A DNA stretch of 40,154 nt, taken from positions 19,926,774 to 19,966,927 of the forward strand of contig NC_069004.1 of assembly GCF_001194135.2 (NCBI RefSeq), written 5' to 3'. Under the pieces are notes generated by a model. That model was not told the origin of the DNA. It searched no databases and saw only the letters and a list, made by a program, of their open reading frames with translations. The DNA is from Octopus bimaculoides. Taxonomy: Eukaryota. The translations under genes were made by a program, and so were the position numbers. Positions within the stretch are counted from its first letter, which is position 1, and every line of letters starts with the position of its first letter. Positions 34,500 to 40,154 of the stretch are shown here, one piece after another.

Positions 34500-35990
34500 T
34501 TTTATCGGGGTGACTCAACCCAATAGGTATGTGCTTTGATTGCTCAAATAGACATGCCATTAAAATCCCAGTGGGAATGGGAGTTGAAGTTGTGATATTG
34601 CGACTGCTTTATCCAAAGCAGCTAGAAGTGGCAAAAATAGGGATATAGACAACATAGTAATGATGTCAGAAAATGAAATCAGCAGAGCCACAGATGCATC
34701 TAAATCTAATAAATGTTCGTGCAGAGAAAAAACAAAATGCCCATTGATGAACCTTTGTATGAGTACCAATGTTATATATAAGTACACCATACACACATTG
34801 GTGCAACGGCTGATTCTTCCAAGAACTGATATCAAAACCATATCACCAGCTTCAATAATATCGGTAAAAGGCATTCAACATCTTTGGCTGATTGTGTGTG
34901 GCAACTTAAGGAGGATAAGATTAAATATGATCTCACTTAGTCCATAATAAGACATGCACAACCATACAATTTCCCTTCCAGGAGATGCAGACTGTGCTCT
35001 GAGGAATACCTGTCCATTTTGTGGATCAATGAGGAGTTCATTAATAGAATTTCTGAAAGATTATCAAGATGCTTGCATGCTACTAAATGCGCAATACAGT
35101 GGGCATGAATTAGAGTAATTGTTGACTAAATTAATAACCACACATTCCCTAAATGTATGGATGAATAACCGTAACCACCCCATTCTTAAAAATACAATGC
35201 CACACTAGTTGCCAATATAACTTGGATATTTCTTGGCCACTGTTTACTGCTTAAAGTGAGAAAAATACCAACTTGAATCTCTCAATAAGTATTGTTCACC
35301 ATGAGATGAAAACGCAAAAAAAACCTACACCTGTCTACACTGATGATCCTAACCCTGACACTGATGCTTTATACACACTATTGGTTGTTTCATTAGTCAC
35401 TTAAAAAATACATATCTACCATGTCTGTATTTATGTCTGTATTTATCACTGTACAACTGCTATAAGTATACCAGCCAGACCCAGTGAACCACACAACAGA
35501 ATTTTGACACCTCACCAAGCAGAGTCATAGGCAATGACTTTGCTATTATCAAATTAATTTTGTGTGCAAGCATATGAGTGCCAAACCACATGTGTGTGCA
35601 TGCTTTTATGTGCATGTGCGTTTGTACAAGCAAGTGTACATGCATGAGACCACATAGATGCGGGCGTTTATACATCCATATCTACTAATGGTTACATCTA
35701 ATACTTTTTTCGCTGTATTGTGTGTTTGTTTCTTTTTGTATCTGATATTTGTTATGGATCTTCTATAACAGAGTTTATTTTAATGAGATATCACTTGAAA
35801 TCACCTGAGGAAGCACATTTACACTGATGGATACACCTAAACCAGATGTTCAGTATCCCACTCATGAGGGATCAATGCTAGATGAGTCAAAACAAGTGTA
35901 GTGATCAATAAAGATTCTTGTAGCTGTCTCTCTCATTAATAAAATACCCAACGAACACTAAGCAAGTGAACAGGTTTTACCAGCAAACTA
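34500..35990 (+). mobile_element. Penelope-like remnant: Cys-rich linker, GIY-YIG, 3' UTR/pLTR
   Basis: CSCREKTKCPLMNLCMSTNVIYK; HIGATADSSKN*YQNHITSFNN; STSLADCVWQLKED; RCRLCSEE. The 3' extent is inferred from the hammerhead remnant at 35800. Confidence 0.8.
35800..35905 (+). ncRNA. Decayed type I hammerhead (CUGAGGA core; GAAA read as AAAA)
   Basis: ATCAC CTGAGGA ... TC AAAA C aagt G TA GTGAT; stem I ATCAC/GTGAT. Confidence 0.5.
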
Positions 35991-36035
35991 CCATGTGTAT
36001 ACCATACAAGTTTTTAACTATACACACACACACAT

Positions 36036-36072
<37 letters not shown>

Positions 36073-36111
36073 AACACATACATATGTATGTATATTTTTA
36101 TATATATATGT

Positions 36112-36150
<39 letters not shown>

Positions 36151-36580
36151 CAAGGGAATACCCAAAAGAAATTGGAATTTTGCAATATTATTTTATTTAC
36201 TTAGTTTTATATGTTTATACTATTACCACCTTCAAAGTATTCTTCAATTGAAGCAATGCTTAGATCCACATATGTTTCCATGGTTCAAAGTGATGCCTTT
36301 TAACACCTCCATCATTTTTTCTTCACCTCTTCCACAACGTTTTCTTTTAAGGACTTTTTTCATTCAGAGGAACAAAAAAAAAAATCACAGGCAGCAAGAA
36401 CAGGGAGGATGGGTAAGCAGGATCATGCCATTTTTGGTCAAAAACTGTCTCACTCATGGCAGTGTGTGCAGGTGCATTGTTGTGATGAAACCACCACTCT
36501 CTACTTTGCCACAGGTTGGAGGTGTTTTCATCTCACCACATCTTGGAAATGCTTCAGAACTACACCACCTGCCTTCATGT
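36151..36580 (-). mobile_element. mariner 3' fragment with a probable TIR
   Basis: Minus strand W*FHHNNAPAH ... EEYFEGG; TA|caagggaatacccaaaa terminus. Confidence 0.8.
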
Positions 36581-36637
36581 TTTTGTTCTTTTGTGAATCC
36601 CCCCTATATATATATATCTGTTAAAGTCTGTCATACC

Positions 36638-36677
36638 GGCCATGACGAAGGGAAATAGCCCTGAAACTCGAGTCACC
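36638..36677 (+). ncRNA. Minimal type I hammerhead-like motif (CAUGACGA core) in a probable pLTR fragment
   Basis: GGC CATGACGA AGGG-aaatag-CCCT GAAA C-TCGA-G TC ACC: perfect stem II, palindromic stem III, GUC triplet. Confidence 0.7.
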
Positions 36678-37807
36678 TTTATATATTTATATTTATATAT
36701 TTATATATTTGATCCTTTATATTGAACACTCAATATTTCATCTACATTCAATACTTTCTTTCATGGTGCCATCCATTTTTATTTTATTTTATTTTATATT
36801 ATATATTTTATATTATATTATATATTGTATATTCCATATTCTATACCCCACATTGGTTCTGCAGGAATATAAATAAAACATAAAAAACAGACAGTGTTGG
36901 AAGTCTTTTAAACAAAATAATATATTCCTCTATACACAANNNNNNNNNNNNNNNNNNNNNNNNNNNNNNNNNNNNNNNNNNNNNNNNNNNNNNNNNNNNN
37001 NNNNNNNNNNNNNNNNNNNNNNNNNNNNNNNNNNNNNNNNNNNNNNNNNNNNNNNNNNNNNNNNNNNNNNNNNNNNNNNNNNNNNNNNNNNNNNNNNNNN
37101 NNNNNNNNNNNNNNNNNNNNNNNNNNNNNNNNNNNNNNNNNNNNNNNNNNNNNNNNNNNNNNNNNNNNNNNNNNNNNNNNNNNNNNNNNNNNNNNNNNNN
37201 NNNNNNNNNNNNNNNNNNNNNNNNNNNNNNNNNNNNNNNNNNNNNNNNNNNNNNNNNNNNNNNNNNNNNNNNNNNNNNNNNNNNNNNNNNNNNNNNNNNN
37301 NNNNNNNNNNNNNNNNNNNNNNNNNNNNNNNNNNNNNNNNNNNNNNNNNNNNNNNNNNNNNNNNNNNNNNNNNNNNNNNNNNNNNNNNNNNNNNNNNNNN
37401 NNNNNNNNNNNNNNNNNNNNNNNNNNNNNNNNNNNNNNNNNNNNNNNNNNNNNNNNNNNNNNNNNNNNNNNNNNNNNNNNNNNNNNNNNNNNNNNNNNNN
37501 NNNNNNNNNNNNNNNNNNNNNNNNNNNNNNNNNNNNNNNNNNNNNNNNNNNNNNNNNNNNNNNNNNNNNNNNNNNNNNNNNNNNNNNNNNNNNNNNNNNN
37601 NNNNNNNNNNNNNNNNNNNNNNNNNNNNNNNNNNNNNNNNNNNNNNNNNNNNNNNNNNNNNNNNNNNNNNNNNNNNNNNNNNNNNNNNNNNNNNNNNNNN
37701 NNNNNNNNNNNNNNNNNNNNNNNNNNNNNNNNNNNNNNNNNNNNNNNNNNNNNNNNNNNNNNNNNNNNNNNNNNNNNNNNNNNNNNNNNNNNNNNNNNNN
37801 NNNNNNN

Positions 37808-37838
<31 letters not shown>

Positions 37839-37842
37839 CACA

Positions 37843-38146
37843 CAGTGGTGGACTGGGTCTAAAAATATTGGTTGCCAGGACACTAAAGGGGCCCACCCGC
37901 AACTACAAGGGAGCCCAATCACAACTACAACGCCATTGTTTAATTTTTTTCTTTTGTTAAAAGTATTCTTTTCAACTGTGTAGAAACACAGCCAGGCTGA
38001 AATAATGCATTTTTCCAGGAGTGAATAAAAAAAATCCTCAAACTTGAGGGTATGGGCCCCTTAGATACTAACATGGATCTCCATATATAGATTCTAATGG
38101 TGCAGGGGTCTACTTGCCATTGGGCAAGCTGGCCAGTCCGCCACTA
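37843..38146. mobile_element. hAT-type MITE (304 bp)
   Basis: TIRs CAGTGGTGGACTGG / CCAGTCCGCCACTA (12 of 14 match); CATACACA duplicated at 37835-37842 and 38147-38154. Confidence 0.85.
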
Positions 38147-38551
38147 CATACACACACACACACATGTATGTATGTATGTATGTATGTATGTATATACATA
38201 TAGTTGAAATTTACAGAAAAACAAGAGACAGGTGTACACACACATATATATGCATACACACACACACACATATATATATATACACATACATATTTATTTT
38301 GGTCTCTTATATGTAAATACATACATATATATATATATATATATATTGATTTATGTATATATTAACATTATCTCGGTTGAAAAAACTTCAATAATGAAAA
38401 TATGTTAATAGTTACCAGGGTAGCAAAAACCACAAAAACTGGGATATCATACCCGGTTAATAGGTAGGAATACCAAGTTAAAGTGATGTATTTTGAGTAG
38501 ATATGAAGAATAATAAATGGAGCAAAATGCATATAATCAATAAGTTCCTTT

Positions 38552-38642
38552 AATTCCTACATATGTTTCAAAATATATGTGCACTCTACTTCAAAGAAGC
38601 AAGAGGTTCTGGAATTGCACATAAATTCATCTTCAGGGAACC
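38552..38642 (-). ncRNA. Type I hammerhead ribozyme candidate in the sense pLTR
   Basis: GGTTCC CTGAAGA ...long stem II... GAAA C-ATAT-G TA GGAATT. Confidence 0.7.
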
Positions 38643-39974
38643 AACATACAAAAAGCAAGACAAGCACTAAATGCTAAGGTTGCGTACGTGTTATAACATT
38701 ATATAGTTAAGTAAATGATCGTTTAAGCAAGAACGCTGGTTTACAGGGATCTATTAAGGGAGAAAGGCTATGAACGCTATGCTAAAAGTTTAAATTAGAG
38801 GAAGGGAAAATGGATCGGAGTTAAATCAGGAAATCTATAGTTCAAAAAGGCCAAACTAAAAACCAGAAAAGGAGGAAGGGAGAGAATCCAATGAATTATT
38901 ATATTTTATAACTCCGTATGTAAACAAACTGAGGCAAAATTAAGCGGAGAATGTAAATATAATAAATAAAATTAAATTAAACACCCATAGTATTGTATCA
39001 TATTAATATACAGTTATTAACCTAAATAAATGGTGATGTAATGTACAAAACTATCATGTGATGAAATAATAAAAATAATAAACATGCTCACAAGAAATAG
39101 ATTTAAAAAAATGTAAGTGAAGTTACCCAGCGAATGCAGCTTTACTGGGAAAGATTTGCTGAACCAAGGCAAGGGAAAAGTAAAAACAACTGGCGTTGGA
39201 GTCTGATGTAATTATTATTTAAGATATTTTAATGATATTATTCCTGTTATTGTTATAATAAATATAAAAAAATAAATTAAAAATAATGATAATTACTATT
39301 ATTGCCAAGGAAAAAGGTAAATACTAAGCTGGGTGATTGTACCTACCACTTATAAAGTGGACGTCTACTAGAGAGAACGTCATAGTGAAAAAATAAAAAT
39401 AATGATAACTAAAATAAGTAAGAAGGATGAAACTAACGATAAGAACTGAGGGAGTGTTTCCGCCAATGCTGGCATCGATATGCTCTCTGCGTAATCTGGT
39501 TTACTAGATAATTCTTGGAGAACAGAATGTGGAAAAGTTCCAAGTTACAAAGAGGACAAAAATCCTTACCTTTGTATCGAGGTAGCCAGTATTGACCATT
39601 CCAAAGAGAATTGTTTATTACAATCTTTAAGTTTTCCGATTAATTTACTCAGACCAGTACTATTAACTTTATTCCTATCCCTAAAAGAAGAATAATGGTT
39701 GGAAATTCTCATGGAGACCTGTGTCGAGGAGCTACCTACATAACACGAGATGTCTGTATTAGTCATTACCTTACATTGATAAACCACATTCTTGGTCCTG
39801 GCATTTGCACTTAAAAACTTAATTCTATTTGAATTAGATTCCGAGATACTAATCTTATTGTTGTTACAGTGATTGTTATACTTGCTAGTGTTGCAAGGTC
39901 ATTTACTTAACTATATAATGTTATAACATGTACGCAACCTTAGCATTTAGCGCTTGTCTTGCTTTTTGTATGTT

Positions 39975-40065
39975 GGTTCCCTGAAGATGAATTTATGTAC
40001 AATTCCAGAACCTCTTACTTCTTTGGAGTAAGATGCACATATATTTTGAAACATATGTAGGAATT
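39975..40065 (+). ncRNA. Type I hammerhead ribozyme candidate in the inverted pLTR
   Basis: Same motif; core at 39981-39987, GAAA at 40048-40051, GUA triplet at 40057-40059. Confidence 0.7.
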
Positions 40066-40110
40066 AAAGGAACTTATTGATTATATGCATTTTGCTCCAT
40101 TTATTTTTAT

Positions 40111-40154
<44 letters not shown>

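Larger units (their letters stand above)
38365..40105 (-). mobile_element. 5'-truncated Penelope-like element with inverted pLTRs
   Basis: ORF 39566-39787 VYQCKV...CYVGSSSTQVSMRISNHYSSF...STGLSKLIGKLKD...LEWSIL (GIY-YIG); 207-bp inverted repeats at 38512-38718 and 39899-40105. Confidence 0.88.

Noticed and set aside
1042-37922. Long ORFs in the track that span N-runs (for example 3830-4786, 19830-20858, 36841-37902)
   Set aside because: Artefacts of gaps translated as X.

Overview
Eukaryotic, transposon-saturated non-genic DNA with about ten N-gaps and many (TA)n/(CA)n/(TATC)n microsatellites. The SINE and RTE families resemble those of octopus genomes (recognised from memory, not by database search). 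No intact host gene was identified. Contents: six pieces of one RTE-type LINE family, two pieces of a second RTE/BovB-like family, two decayed Ty3/Gypsy (Mag-like) LTR elements, a probable solo LTR with a 4-bp TSD, four Penelope-like (PLE) coding remnants, a near full-length FLYWCH-MULE with a 9-bp TSD, one Tc1 and two mariner remnants, a hAT MITE with an 8-bp TSD, a fold-back MITE, Helitron remnants and about eight tRNA-derived SINE copies or fragments. Most notable: (1) up to six type I hammerhead-ribozyme-like motifs of several different architectures, including a PLE flanked by 207-bp inverted pLTRs that each carry one and a variant with a CAUGACGA core; (2) a perfect 64-bp inverted repeat; (3) clear retrotransposition scars (a twin-priming-type inversion, a 19-bp 5' fold-back and a head-to-tail RTE chimera); (4) a switch in element orientation near 20-21 kb. 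All coordinates and identities were read by eye and may be off by a few bases.
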